DNA from: Bryobacterales bacterium
Lineage (GTDB): Bacteria; Acidobacteriota; Terriglobia; Bryobacterales; Bryobacteraceae
NCBI GenBank assembly: GCA_016789745.1
Contig: JAEUQF010000139.1
Span: forward strand, 60,520-124,519
DNA: 64,000 nucleotides
Reading direction: 5' to 3'
Shown in pieces: positions 26,568 to 36,751 of the stretch (positions are counted from its first letter, which is position 1; every line of letters starts with the position of its first letter). A model generated the notes under the pieces. That model had not been told where the DNA came from, ran no database searches, and worked only from the letters and a program-made list of their open reading frames with translations. The position numbers and the translations under genes were made by a program.

Positions 26568-27761
26568 CTAAACCAACTGCGCCACCGGCCACGTCACCGC
26601 AGCCTGCGCCGCGGCCACCGCATCGCCCTTCACGGCGAAACCTTCCCCGGCCAGCGCATCCTGCATGCCCTTCAACAGCAGCAGCGTGTTGTCCTCGGTC
26701 GCCAGCGGACCCATGATGCCCACCCGGAACACCTTGCCCGCCAGCGGCCCAAACCCGCCCGAAATCTCAATATCGGTGGCGGCCAGCAGGCGCTTGCGAA
26801 CTTTCAGATCATCCACGCCTTCGGGAATCACCGGCGTGTTCAGGTTCCAGATGCGATTGCCGGCCTTCACGTGCATCCGCAGGCCCATCGCCTCTACACC
26901 GGCCACAAACATCTCATGCGACAGCTTGTGCCGTAACCAGCGATTCTCAATCCCCTCATCGTTGATCACCGACAAGCCCTCGCGCAGCGCGTAGAACAGG
27001 CTGATCGGCGCCGTGTGGTGATACCGGTGCGCACCCTCGTAATAATCGGCCAGCAGCTTCAGATCCAGATACCAATCCGCCGGCGTCGTCTTGCGCGCCT
27101 TCAGCCATTCCATCGCTCGCGGCGACACCGTCACCGGCGCCAGGCCCGGCGGGCAGCTCATGCCCTTCTGCGTGCACGAATAGCCGATATCGATGCCCTG
27201 CTTATCCAACTCCACCGGCATCGCGCCCAGCGACGTCACGCAATCCGACATCGTCAGCGCACCCACTTCGTGCGCGGCCGCGCAAAGGATCTCCGAGTTC
27301 TGGAACACGCCCGTCGACGTTTCGGCCTGCACAAAGCCCACCACGTTCGGCTTCAACTCGCGGATCTTCGCCGCCACTTCATTCTGATCGAACGCTTCGC
27401 CCCACGGCTTCTCGATGCGAATCACATTCGCACCCTGGCGGCGGCCCATCTCCGACATCCGATCGGCAAAGAATCCGGCGGCCAGCACCACAAAGGTCGA
27501 TCCAGGCTCAACGAAGTTAGCGACGGCGGTCTGCATACCAGCGCTGCCCGTGCCCGACATAGCCAGCGTGAACTCATTGGCGGTGCCAAAGGCGACGCGC
27601 AGCAGGCGGCGGCAGTCTTCCACCACTTCGAAGAAATAAGGATCGAGGTGGCTGACAACAGTCTTCGTCATGGCCTGGTAAACCCTCGGGTCCACCATGG
27701 TCGGGCCGGGGCCGAACAAAAGGCGCCGCGGCGGATTCAAAGGCGATAGCGGAGTCGACAT
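26568..27761 (-). CDS. class-V aminotransferase (alanine-glyoxylate / serine-pyruvate type)
   Basis: Reads LLFGPGPTMVDPRVYQAM...SGTGSAGMQTAVANF...YSCTQKGMSCPPGL, with the PLP-lysine context TQK. Confidence 0.85.
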   Translation of the reverse strand: MSTPLSPLNPPRRLLFGPGPTMVDPRVYQAMTKTVVSHLDPYFFEVVEDCRRLLRVAFGTANEFTLAMSGTGSAGMQTAVANFVEPGSTFVVLAAGFFADRMSEMGRRQGANVIRIEKPWGEAFDQNEVAAKIRELKPNVVGFVQAETSTGVFQNSEILCAAAHEVGALTMSDCVTSLGAMPVELDKQGIDIGYSCTQKGMSCPPGLAPVTVSPRAMEWLKARKTTPADWYLDLKLLADYYEGAHRYHHTAPISLFYALREGLSVINDEGIENRWLRHKLSHEMFVAGVEAMGLRMHVKAGNRIWNLNTPVIPEGVDDLKVRKRLLAATDIEISGGFGPLAGKVFRVGIMGPLATEDNTLLLLKGMQDALAGEGFAVKGDAVAAAQAAVTWPVAQLV

Positions 27762-27780
27762 GGAAAGTAGTTACTTACCT

Positions 27781-29115
27781 TTACTTAGTGTGTTGCTGTA
27801 TCCAGCGGGTGATCGTTTCCAGCGCTAGGGGGGCGATCGTCTCTTCAATGCTCCCATATTCGCCGGGTCCGCCCGTCGTGGCGGTTTGAAAAAGATGGTT
27901 TAGCTTCGGCAGCTTTGCCACCGTATAGTCCGCATGGTGGCCGTCTTCTAACGCCTTCACCAGCGGCGGAATGTTCTGGCCAGGCAGCACCTGGCGGTCT
28001 AACTCTCCGAACAGTGCCAGCAGCGGCACCTTCGTCTGGCGCAGATACGGCGCCGGGTCCAGCTTCAAAAAGGCGCGATACCAGGGCGCCACCAGCAGAC
28101 GCGCCTGATTCGGCGGCGCAATCACCGAGAGCTTCTCCAGCGCCGCTGCGTCATCCGGTTCCGACTCCACAATGTCCAATACCTTCGTCTGCGCCGACAA
28201 TGCCATCTGGATCGCGCCTTCGTTCATCCCGTTCAGCCGCGTCAGCGTCTGCACCTGCTCCAGAATGATCTCGCGCCCCGGCACCGACGTCCCGGCCAGC
28301 AGCACCACGAACGCCACCCCGGCATTGCGCGACGCCACGATCGGCGCAATCAGCCCGCCCTCGCTATGGCCAATCAGCCCAATGTGCCGCGCGCTCACCT
28401 CGCTACGTGTCTTCAGAAACGCCACCTGCGCCTCGGCGTCGGTCGCCAGATCCATCGTCGTCGCGGTAGCCGCCGTCCCGCTCGACTTCGCATACCCGCG
28501 ATCATCGCAGCGCAGCACCGCCATCCCATTCCGGCTCAAATGATCGGCCAACACCAGGAACGGCTTGTGCCCGGCAATCTCCTCATCGCGATTCTGTGAC
28601 CCCGATCCCGTAATCAGTACCACCGCCGGCGCCGGGCGGCCTTGTTTCGGCACCGTCAACGTACAGGCCAGCTTCACCGCATCAGCCTGCGGATTCGCCA
28701 CCATCACTTCGATCTCTTCATACGGAAACGGCCCCTGCGGCACCTGCGTTCGCCGCACCTCCGCCGCAGGCCCGCGCCGGAATGTCAACGGCAGCGCCAC
28801 CCCCTGTGACCATTCCCCTTCCATCGCAAGCCCATCGGCGCTCAGCGTGCCTTCGTACTTCCCACCCACACTAGGCACCTCGAACCGCACCTTCGCCCCA
28901 TCGCGCGTGACACTTGCTAACGGCAGTCCCTTCGCACCCTGGCTCAGCGAATCCAGCGTTCCCCGATACGTCTGCTCCGGCCCATCCTGGATGTGCAACG
29001 CCAGACGTAGCGAATCGCCCCCCGCCTGCAGCGTTCCGGCCCAATCCCCGGTAATCGGGTGCGTCTGGGCACACAACGCCCAGGCCGATACCGTCAGGAT
29101 TCCCAGCAAATGCAT
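27781..29115 (-). CDS. secreted alpha/beta-fold hydrolase
   Basis: Internal ATG at 29115 gives MHLLGILTVSAWALCAQ. The nucleophile elbow is GLIGHSEGG. Confidence 0.8.
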   Translation of the reverse strand: MHLLGILTVSAWALCAQTHPITGDWAGTLQAGGDSLRLALHIQDGPEQTYRGTLDSLSQGAKGLPLASVTRDGAKVRFEVPSVGGKYEGTLSADGLAMEGEWSQGVALPLTFRRGPAAEVRRTQVPQGPFPYEEIEVMVANPQADAVKLACTLTVPKQGRPAPAVVLITGSGSQNRDEEIAGHKPFLVLADHLSRNGMAVLRCDDRGYAKSSGTAATATTMDLATDAEAQVAFLKTRSEVSARHIGLIGHSEGGLIAPIVASRNAGVAFVVLLAGTSVPGREIILEQVQTLTRLNGMNEGAIQMALSAQTKVLDIVESEPDDAAALEKLSVIAPPNQARLLVAPWYRAFLKLDPAPYLRQTKVPLLALFGELDRQVLPGQNIPPLVKALEDGHHADYTVAKLPKLNHLFQTATTGGPGEYGSIEETIAPLALETITRWIQQHTK

Positions 29116-29159
29116 ATCTATACAGAATAACAACCACGGGGGAGTAAAATAGGAAGATC

Positions 29160-31631
29160 ATGCTGCGAAGGTCCTTGCTGGCTCTGCTGGCTATCCCCGC
29201 CCTGTCGTTTGCCGTCGATTTCCAGAAAGACATCGCCCCGGTACTCGAATCCCGGTGCCATGCCTGTCACGGCGCAAAGCAACAGATGATGAATCTGCGC
29301 CTCGACCAGGCCGCCGGTGTCGCCAAAGTCAAAGACCACCTCATCGAACGCATCACCAGCACCAAGGCCGGCCATCGCATGCCGCCCGTCGGCGCACCGC
29401 TCACCGAACCGCAAGTCGCCGCCTTCAAAGCCTGGGTGGCCGAAGGCGCCACCGTCCCCGCCACCTACCGCCCCGCCGCCGCCAAAGCCGTCCTCTGGAG
29501 CTTCCAGCCCGTCGCCAACCCGCAACCGCCCGTTGTGAAGAACAGCGCCTGGGTCCGCAACCCCATCGACGCCTTCGTGCTCGCCCGCCTCGAAAAAGAA
29601 GGCGTCACCCCATCCCCGGAAGCCTCCAAACTCACCCTCCTGCGCCGCGTCACCTTCGACCTCACCGGCCTTCCTCCCACCCCCGAACAGATCCGCGCCT
29701 TCCTGGCCGACTCCCGCCCCGACGCCTACGAACGCCTCGTCGACGACCTCCTCCGCTCACCCCACTACGGCGAGCGCTGGGCCCGCCCCTGGCTCGACCT
29801 TGCCCACTACGCCGATTCCGACGGCTATGAAAAGGACCAGGTCCGCAGCTACGCCTGGCGCTATCGCAACTGGGTCATCGACGCCATCAACGCCGACTTG
29901 CCGTTCGACAAATTCACCATCGAACAGCTAGCCGGCGACCTGCTCCCCAACCCCAACACCGAACAACTTGCCGCCACCGGCTTCCTCCGCAATACCCTCA
30001 CCAATCGCGAAGCCGGCGTCGATCGCGCCGAAGCCCGCTACGACCAGTTGATCAACCGCGTCCAAACCGTCGGCACCACCTGGCTCGGCCTCACCGTCGG
30101 CTGCGCCCAGTGCCACGACCACAAGTACGACCCCATCTCCAACAAGGACTTCTACCGCCTCTTCGCCTTTTTCGATGCCACCGATGACCGCGAGATCGAA
30201 GCCCCCATGCCCGGCGAACGCGAAGCCTATCTAAACGTCCTGCCCCGCTACCTCGCCCTTCGCGGCCACATCGAACAGCAGTACAACGTCCCCGCCCTCC
30301 AGGCCCGCTGGGAAACCAAGATGCTCGCCGCCATGAATGAGCCCGGCAAGGACGTCGAGTTCGACTTCTGGGTCACCTCCATGCGTGCCATGGTGGATCA
30401 TGCCGAACGCGTCCTGCGCACGCCCGTCGCCCAGCGTACCCCCTACGATGCCCGCCGCCTCACCGACTACTTCCTCTCCGTCATTGGCCCCGAGTTCAAC
30501 CAGGACAAAGACATCAAAGAGGCGCTCACCGAAGCCCGCACCAGGATCAACGAGTTGAAGGCCGACCTGCCGGCGCTCACCTACGCCATGGCCATCGAGC
30601 CCAAGCCCGACTACAAGCAAAGCCACATGCGCATCAAGGGCGATTGGAAAGCCATGGGTGAGCCCATCGCGCCCGGCGGCTTCTCCGCCCTGCCCCCGCT
30701 CGATGGCAAAGCCGACCGCCTCGCCCTCGCCCGCTGGCTGGTGTCGAAAGACAACCCGCTCACCCCGCGCGTCACCGTCAACCGCTCCTGGCAGGAGTTG
30801 TTCGGCAAGGGCCTCGTCCGCACCTCCGAAGACTTCGGCACGCAGGGCGAAAAGCCCACCCACCCCGAATTGCTTGACTGGCTCGCCCGCCGCTTCATGG
30901 ACGATGGCTGGAGCCAGAAGAAGCTCCACCGCCTGATCGTGACATCGGCCGCCTACCGCCAGGCCTCCGATACCCGAAAAGAACTGGCCGAGCGCGATCC
31001 CGACAACACCCTGCTCGCCCGCCAGGCCCGCCTTCGCCTGCCCGCCGAACTCATCCGCGACGCCGCGCTCGAATCCGCCGGCCTGCTCAAGAAAACCATC
31101 GGCGGCCCCAGCATCCGCCCCTTCCAGCCCGCCGGCGTTGCCGAATTGGGCTACGGCAACAGCGTCAAATGGAAGCAGAGCGAGGGCGACGACGTCTATC
31201 GCCGCGGCCTCTACATCCACTTCCAGCGCACCACGCCTTACCCCATGCTCATGAACTTCGATGAGCCCGATTCGAACGTCTCCTGCAGCCGCCGCCGTCC
31301 CTCTAATACGCCGCTGCAGTCGCTCAACCTCCTCAATGACCCGGTCTTCTTCGAAGCCAGCCAGGCGCTCGCCAAACGCATCCTCGGCACCGATGCCACC
31401 GGCTTCGCCCCGCGTCTCGAAAAGGGCTACCAGTTCGTCCTCGGCCGCAAGCCCGATACCTTCGAAACCGAACGGCTCGCCCGCTACTACGACCAGCAAC
31501 TCGGCATCCTCAAAGCCGAACCTGCTGCCGTTGCCAAGCTGTCCCCCAAAGACGCCACCCCTGAGGCCGCCGCTTGGGTCGGCGTCAGCCGCGTCCTCCT
31601 CAACCTCGATGAATTCCTCACCCGGGAGTAA
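29160..31631 (+). CDS. PSCyt1 (cytochrome c) + PSCyt2/DUF1549 + PSD1/DUF1553 protein
   Basis: Signal peptide, then FQKDIAPVLESRCHACHG (CxxCH). Further motifs are NPIDAFVLARLEKEG, DRLVDDLLRSPHYGERWARPWLDL and CAQCHDHKYDP. Confidence 0.9.
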   Translation: MLRRSLLALLAIPALSFAVDFQKDIAPVLESRCHACHGAKQQMMNLRLDQAAGVAKVKDHLIERITSTKAGHRMPPVGAPLTEPQVAAFKAWVAEGATVPATYRPAAAKAVLWSFQPVANPQPPVVKNSAWVRNPIDAFVLARLEKEGVTPSPEASKLTLLRRVTFDLTGLPPTPEQIRAFLADSRPDAYERLVDDLLRSPHYGERWARPWLDLAHYADSDGYEKDQVRSYAWRYRNWVIDAINADLPFDKFTIEQLAGDLLPNPNTEQLAATGFLRNTLTNREAGVDRAEARYDQLINRVQTVGTTWLGLTVGCAQCHDHKYDPISNKDFYRLFAFFDATDDREIEAPMPGEREAYLNVLPRYLALRGHIEQQYNVPALQARWETKMLAAMNEPGKDVEFDFWVTSMRAMVDHAERVLRTPVAQRTPYDARRLTDYFLSVIGPEFNQDKDIKEALTEARTRINELKADLPALTYAMAIEPKPDYKQSHMRIKGDWKAMGEPIAPGGFSALPPLDGKADRLALARWLVSKDNPLTPRVTVNRSWQELFGKGLVRTSEDFGTQGEKPTHPELLDWLARRFMDDGWSQKKLHRLIVTSAAYRQASDTRKELAERDPDNTLLARQARLRLPAELIRDAALESAGLLKKTIGGPSIRPFQPAGVAELGYGNSVKWKQSEGDDVYRRGLYIHFQRTTPYPMLMNFDEPDSNVSCSRRRPSNTPLQSLNLLNDPVFFEASQALAKRILGTDATGFAPRLEKGYQFVLGRKPDTFETERLARYYDQQLGILKAEPAAVAKLSPKDATPEAAAWVGVSRVLLNLDEFLTRE

Positions 31632-31634
31632 GCC

Positions 31635-33053
31635 ATGAACGAGCGCCAATTCCGAGCCATCCAAAGCCGCCGCAGTTTCCTCACCCAAACCGCAGGCGCC
31701 GTCGGCCTGCCTGCCATGGCCTCCCTCCTGGGAGGCGCCGAGGTCCCCAATCCCCTCGCCCCCAAGAAGGCCCACTTCGAAGGCAAGGCCAAGAACGTCA
31801 TCTTCATGTTCATGGAAGGCGGCCCCAGCCAGATGGATCTCTTCGATCCCAAGCCGGCGCTCCAGAAATGGCACGGCCAGCCGCTGCCGGCCTCCATGAC
31901 TAAGGACCTGCAACTGGCCTTCATCAAGCCCACCGCCGCCGTCCTCGCCAGCCCGCGCAAGTTCGAAAAACATGGCCAGAGCGGCATCGAGTTCTCCGAC
32001 TACATCCCCCACACCGCCGCCCAGGCCGACAACCTCTGCCTGGTGCGCTCCATGCACTCGGACGCCTTCAACCATCACCCCGGGCAGTTACTCCTCATGA
32101 CCGGGTCCACCCAGTTCGGACGCCCCACCATGGGCGCCTGGGTCACCTACGGCCTCGGCTCGGAATCGAAGAACCTGCCGGCCTTCGTGGTGCTCTCCTC
32201 CGGCGTCGGCACTTCCGGCGGGGCGTCGAACTTCATGAGCGGCTTCATGCCGTCTCATTACCAGGGCACCATGTTCCGTAACTCCGGCGACCCCATCCTC
32301 TATCTCTCCAATCCCGCCGGAGTCAGTAACAACACCCAGCGCGCCGCCATCGACGCCGTCCGCGACCTCAACCAGCACCGCCTGGAACAGGCAGGCGACA
32401 TGGAAATCGCCAGCCGCATCGCCGCCTACGAGTTAGCTTTCCGCATGCAGATGGCCGCCCCCGAGTTAGTCGATTTCAGTAAGGAATCGCAGGCGACCCT
32501 CGACTTATACGGCGTCGGCAAAGAGCCCACCCATCAGTTCGCCACCAACTGCCTGCTCGCCCGCCGGTTAGTCGAACGCGGCGTTCGCTTCGTCCTCATG
32601 ATGCACGCCAGTTGGGACGACCATACCCAGCTCAATCGCAAGCTGAAACGTAACTGCGACATCAGCGACCGCCCCACCGCCGCACTTATCGCCGACCTCA
32701 AGCAGCGCGGCCTCCTCGACGACACCATCATCATTTGGGGCGGCGAATTCGGCCGCACTCCCATGGTGGAAGTCCGCAACACCAAGGAGGCCGACAACGG
32801 CGGCCGTGACCATCACCCCTTCGGTTACTCCATGTGGGTGGCCGGCGGCGGCTTCAAGGGCGGCACCGTCGTCGGAGCCACCGACGAACTCGGCCTCGCC
32901 ATTACTGAAGACAAAGTTCATATCCACGACCTTCAGGCATCCGTGCTGCATAACTTGGGCTTCGACCACGAACGCCTCACTTACCGCCACATGGGCCGCG
33001 ATTACCGCCTCACTGACTTAGGCGGCAAAGTCGTAAAAAAGATGCTCGCCTGA
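31635..33053 (+). CDS. DUF1501 (sulfatase-fold) protein, Tat-signal
   Basis: Reads SRRSFLTQTAGAVGLPA, then FMEGGPSQMDLFDPKP...GGEFGRTPM...GRDHHP. It starts 3 nt after the preceding gene. Confidence 0.9.
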   Translation: MNERQFRAIQSRRSFLTQTAGAVGLPAMASLLGGAEVPNPLAPKKAHFEGKAKNVIFMFMEGGPSQMDLFDPKPALQKWHGQPLPASMTKDLQLAFIKPTAAVLASPRKFEKHGQSGIEFSDYIPHTAAQADNLCLVRSMHSDAFNHHPGQLLLMTGSTQFGRPTMGAWVTYGLGSESKNLPAFVVLSSGVGTSGGASNFMSGFMPSHYQGTMFRNSGDPILYLSNPAGVSNNTQRAAIDAVRDLNQHRLEQAGDMEIASRIAAYELAFRMQMAAPELVDFSKESQATLDLYGVGKEPTHQFATNCLLARRLVERGVRFVLMMHASWDDHTQLNRKLKRNCDISDRPTAALIADLKQRGLLDDTIIIWGGEFGRTPMVEVRNTKEADNGGRDHHPFGYSMWVAGGGFKGGTVVGATDELGLAITEDKVHIHDLQASVLHNLGFDHERLTYRHMGRDYRLTDLGGKVVKKMLA

Positions 33054-33056
33054 CTT

Positions 33057-33464
33057 ATGGAACCGCTGGCAGAAGACGAAGTGTATGGTGTAATCGGCGA
33101 AGAAGGCTTCACCAAGTTAGTGGCTGCCTTCTACCGCCAGATCCCGGCCGACGACATCCTCGGCCCCATGTATCCGAAGAAGGATCTCGAAGGCGCCGAA
33201 CAGCGCCTCCGCGAGTTCCTCATCTTCCGCTTCGGCGGCCCCCTCCGCTATCTCGAAAACCGCGGCCATCCCCGCCTCCGCATGCGCCACGCGCCGTTCC
33301 CGGTCGACACCGGCGCCCGCGACCGCTGGGTTGAGATCATGGACCGCGCCCTTGCCGAAGCCCAACTCGATCCGCGCGCCGAAGCCGTACTCCGTCCCTT
33401 CTTTCACCAGGTGGCCACCTTCCTGATCAACAGGAATAGTCCTGGGCCGGGCCTGCACGCGTAG
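33057..33464 (+). CDS. glbO: group II truncated haemoglobin
   Basis: Reads FYRQIPADDILGPMYP...LREFLIFRFGGPLRYLENRGHPRLRMRHAPFPV. The RGHPRLRMRHAPF block is as in trHbO proteins. Confidence 0.85.
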   Translation: MEPLAEDEVYGVIGEEGFTKLVAAFYRQIPADDILGPMYPKKDLEGAEQRLREFLIFRFGGPLRYLENRGHPRLRMRHAPFPVDTGARDRWVEIMDRALAEAQLDPRAEAVLRPFFHQVATFLINRNSPGPGLHA

Positions 33465-33607
33465 CCCGTCTAAGCAGAACACCCGAACTCGGCCCTAAGG
33501 AACTTTCTCGGTCCCCACGGTTTTACCCCACCTGTTAAGGTCTTCTCCGCGTAGTAACTTCCTGTCAGCCACTCTACGATGGGGGAGAAGCCAGGAGACC
33601 GCCTCCC

Positions 33608-36600
33608 ATGAAATGCCTGTATTGCGGCAAGAAGATCACGCTTCTCCGCAAACTGAAAGATAGCGAGTTCTGCAAGGACGAGCACCGCCAGCAATACCTG
33701 CGTGAGCAGGAGCAGATGGCGATTGCCCGTCTCAAGGGCGCGCAACTGTGGGCAAAGGGAGAAAAGGCGGACCGGGAAGAGGAGCAGAAGGCCAAGGCGG
33801 AGGCATCCCAGATTCCCGCGGATATAAAGGCCGGGATGAAGAGCTTCCTGCCCCTGCTGCCGCATGTCATTTCCCGCAAAGGCTTCCTCCGGTTGCGTCC
33901 GGACAGTATTCCCCAGCACCCGGAAGTCTGGCTACCGGAATTCCTCGCCTCCGTCGACAACAGCAATCTGCACACCCCGGCCGGCGAGATCGCCTTCACG
34001 GCCGAACCGGCCCCAGCCCAGGTCCCGGCGTCCACCCAGAAGCCCGCCGATCAGGACCTGGACACAGGGCTCCTGCTTCCGGAACCTGAACACGCCAGTC
34101 CTCCCGAAGCCGGTCCTGTCTACGCCGCGGCGACACTCCGCAGTTCCGGTGCCGCCTTCGTCCCGCACCAGGAGCACGAACTCGCCTGGCCCATCTCCAT
34201 CGGCCTGATCAATATCAAGGGCCTCCCGCTCCCGGCCGCCGTCCTGGCCGCTGCTGGGCGCCTGGACGTCCATCTGGAGCCGGGCTTGCTCGCTCCCGGT
34301 ACCGCTCCGGTTCTCGCGGGCGAAACGCTTCCGGCGCCCCCGTCGTCGACACCTGTTCTTCCCCTTGCCGTCCTCCGTCCCCTGGCCGACCCCGTGGCCC
34401 AGGCCGAGGAACCGCTCGCAGAGGCGTTGCCCCTATTGCCGGGCGAGGCCCAGGCAGCAGCCGTCCCGATGGCCATCCTCATCGCGACGCCCGAGACGAT
34501 GGCCAGAATACCCGTCCTGCCGCCAGCCGCTCTGCGACCCGTGGCTGATGCGGCCCCGCAGGCCGAGGCCGAGCCCGATGCCGCCATCGAACTGCTCCCG
34601 CACGCCGCCCCGGCCCCGGCCGCACCCGCGACGCTGGCCCCCGCCGCGGCCGTCGCCCCCGAAGCCCTTCCCTTCCCCGCCCTGCCTGCCTTCTCCCAAG
34701 CCCTGACGGCGCACCGCGAGGCCGGTATCGAGTTCCTCCCCATCCATACCCTGGAGCCGGAGTTCGTCGAGGTTCCAGAAGCTCCCCCGGCCGATCCGCC
34801 CGCCTCTATCCATATTTATCCGCTCAGCGCTCCGCAGACCCAGCCCACGGCTGGCCGCATGCGCAAACCGCGGGCCCGTGAGATCTTCTTCTCCACCCCG
34901 CGCCTGCATGACCTCCCTGCCCTGGCCGCCGCGGTCGCCCGCTCCAACCAGGAAGCCGTGCGCATGGCCCCCGGCACAAACGGCTGGGACGCCGGCCTTC
35001 TCTCTTTGCTCGCGCCCCGCCAATCTGCCTGGACTGAGTCGCGGCCGCACACGATCGTCCCGTTCGAAGCATGCGATCAGACCGGCGCCACCGCGCTGCC
35101 CCTGCTTTCCCTGCCGGCCAGCAATGTCCAGCTGCCGTGGGCCGCCGAGACCACCTTCGCCACCGCCGCCGCTATCGAATTGCCCGCTGCTCCGCTGCTG
35201 GCCGGCGCTCTCCAGGCGCCGGAAACCTGGAACAGCGATGTCCAGGAACCCGCGCTGGCCGCCACTCCGGCCGGCCTCACCTTGGCCGCCGCCTGGCTCC
35301 AGGCCCCGGCCCCGTTTACCATTCACGCCGGAGCCCAGCCCCGCATCGCCTGCGCAACGCCGTCCCCGCTCGAAGGAGATCAGACGGGCCAGCCCCAGCC
35401 TCCCACCTGGACCCACCCCCGTCCCGCCGCCGGCGTCCGCGCCACCGGCGGACTCGCCCCGCTCCAGCCTTCCGGCAACGGCGGCCGCCACAACCTCCAC
35501 ACCTCCGAGCCGGAGTTTGAGCCCCTGGCCGGCGCCTCTTCTCCCGCCGCTGCGTATCCAGCCACCCGGCCCATGCCGGACGTCGCCCCCCCGATGATCT
35601 CGGAGATGTGGCCCCTGCTGCCCGGCGACGCCCTTCCCTACCCGGCCGGCACGCTGGCGATCCACACGCTGGAAGCTACCTGGCCCGAAGGCAATGCCCA
35701 ACTGCCACGCCTGCAGGCCGATATCCTCGAAGACCGTGCCCTCCGCGAACGCCTCTTCGGCCGCGCCGGCCTCCGCGCCTCCACCGGCAGCCGCATGAGC
35801 CGCGTTGCGGGCGGCTTCTCGTTCCCGACCTTCGCCATCCCCGCCCGCCCCGACGCCAAGTGGCTGGTGATGCTGGTTCCCGTGGCCCTGCTGCTGGCCG
35901 TCTACTCGCTCACCGGCGACAGCAAGAAGGAACGCCCTGTCGCCACCGCCCAGGACCTTGCCCCCGCCGCGGTCGAAGCCGCTATCGACGCTCCTGCCGC
36001 GCCGGTGAATCCGGTCAACAGCGCACGCCGGCGCCGTAAGGCGGAACCCGTGGAAGCTCCCGCTGCGGCCGAGCCTGTGGCCATTCTGCCGGCCGCGGTC
36101 GACCCCAACGCCGGCTTCGCCGAAGGCGTGAAAGCCAGTATCATGCGGCGTTCCGCCATCTCCTTCACCGATGACTTCCGCACGGGGTTGGCCGACTGGC
36201 AGGGCGGTGACAATTGGTCCACGCAGTGGTCCTACGATGCGGCCGGTTTCGTCAACACCGGCCCCCTGGCACTCTACACGCCGTCGATGTCGCTCAGCAA
36301 CTACCGCATGGAGTTCCTGGGGCAAATCGATCGTAAGAGCCTCGGCTGGGTCTTCCGCGCCAAGGATCTCAAGAACTACTACGCCGCCAAGATTACCCTG
36401 GTCCGTGGTGGTCCGCTGCCTTCCGCCGTCATTGAGCACTACGCGGTCCTCAATGGTAAGGAAAGCCAACATCAGCGGCGCCCGCTGCCCATCCAGATTC
36501 GTACCGATACCCTGTATCGGGTGAAATTGGACGTAAATGATGAGGACTTCACCCTAACGGTCCAGGGCCAACTTGTCGATCATTGGAGTGATAGCAGTTT

Positions 36601-36751
36601 GAAACACGGGGGAATCGGGTTCTTCAGTGCAAAGGGAGAGCTCGCCCGGTTGCGATGGGTGGAGGTATCCCATCAGTACGACTTCCTTGGGAGACTGTGT
36701 GCCCTGTTGGTGCCGTACCAGATCCCTGCCAGAGACGGGAGTTTGAAGTAA
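33608..36751 (+). CDS. membrane-anchored protein: N-terminal zinc ribbon, ~700-aa Pro/Ala-rich region, TM helix, C-terminal DUF1080/LamG-like domain
   Basis: Starts MKCLYCGKKITLLRKLKDSEFCKDEHRQQY, followed by long P/A-rich low-complexity sequence. The TM helix is WLVMLVPVALLLAVYSL. The C-terminus reads FTDDFRTGLADWQGG...WVFRAKDLKNYYAAKI...GGIGFFSAKGE. Confidence 0.8.
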   Translation: MKCLYCGKKITLLRKLKDSEFCKDEHRQQYLREQEQMAIARLKGAQLWAKGEKADREEEQKAKAEASQIPADIKAGMKSFLPLLPHVISRKGFLRLRPDSIPQHPEVWLPEFLASVDNSNLHTPAGEIAFTAEPAPAQVPASTQKPADQDLDTGLLLPEPEHASPPEAGPVYAAATLRSSGAAFVPHQEHELAWPISIGLINIKGLPLPAAVLAAAGRLDVHLEPGLLAPGTAPVLAGETLPAPPSSTPVLPLAVLRPLADPVAQAEEPLAEALPLLPGEAQAAAVPMAILIATPETMARIPVLPPAALRPVADAAPQAEAEPDAAIELLPHAAPAPAAPATLAPAAAVAPEALPFPALPAFSQALTAHREAGIEFLPIHTLEPEFVEVPEAPPADPPASIHIYPLSAPQTQPTAGRMRKPRAREIFFSTPRLHDLPALAAAVARSNQEAVRMAPGTNGWDAGLLSLLAPRQSAWTESRPHTIVPFEACDQTGATALPLLSLPASNVQLPWAAETTFATAAAIELPAAPLLAGALQAPETWNSDVQEPALAATPAGLTLAAAWLQAPAPFTIHAGAQPRIACATPSPLEGDQTGQPQPPTWTHPRPAAGVRATGGLAPLQPSGNGGRHNLHTSEPEFEPLAGASSPAAAYPATRPMPDVAPPMISEMWPLLPGDALPYPAGTLAIHTLEATWPEGNAQLPRLQADILEDRALRERLFGRAGLRASTGSRMSRVAGGFSFPTFAIPARPDAKWLVMLVPVALLLAVYSLTGDSKKERPVATAQDLAPAAVEAAIDAPAAPVNPVNSARRRRKAEPVEAPAAAEPVAILPAAVDPNAGFAEGVKASIMRRSAISFTDDFRTGLADWQGGDNWSTQWSYDAAGFVNTGPLALYTPSMSLSNYRMEFLGQIDRKSLGWVFRAKDLKNYYAAKITLVRGGPLPSAVIEHYAVLNGKESQHQRRPLPIQIRTDTLYRVKLDVNDEDFTLTVQGQLVDHWSDSSLKHGGIGFFSAKGELARLRWVEVSHQYDFLGRLCALLVPYQIPARDGSLK

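Noticed and set aside
30231-32078. 615-aa minus-strand ORF
   Set aside because: It is antisense to the PSCyt/DUF1553 and DUF1501 genes. It is a G/A/E/V-rich shadow ORF.
34433-36472. 679-aa minus-strand ORF
   Set aside because: It is antisense to the well-supported 33608..36751 gene. Its composition is Gly/Arg/Ala-rich shadow sequence typical of high-GC genomes. It has no motifs.
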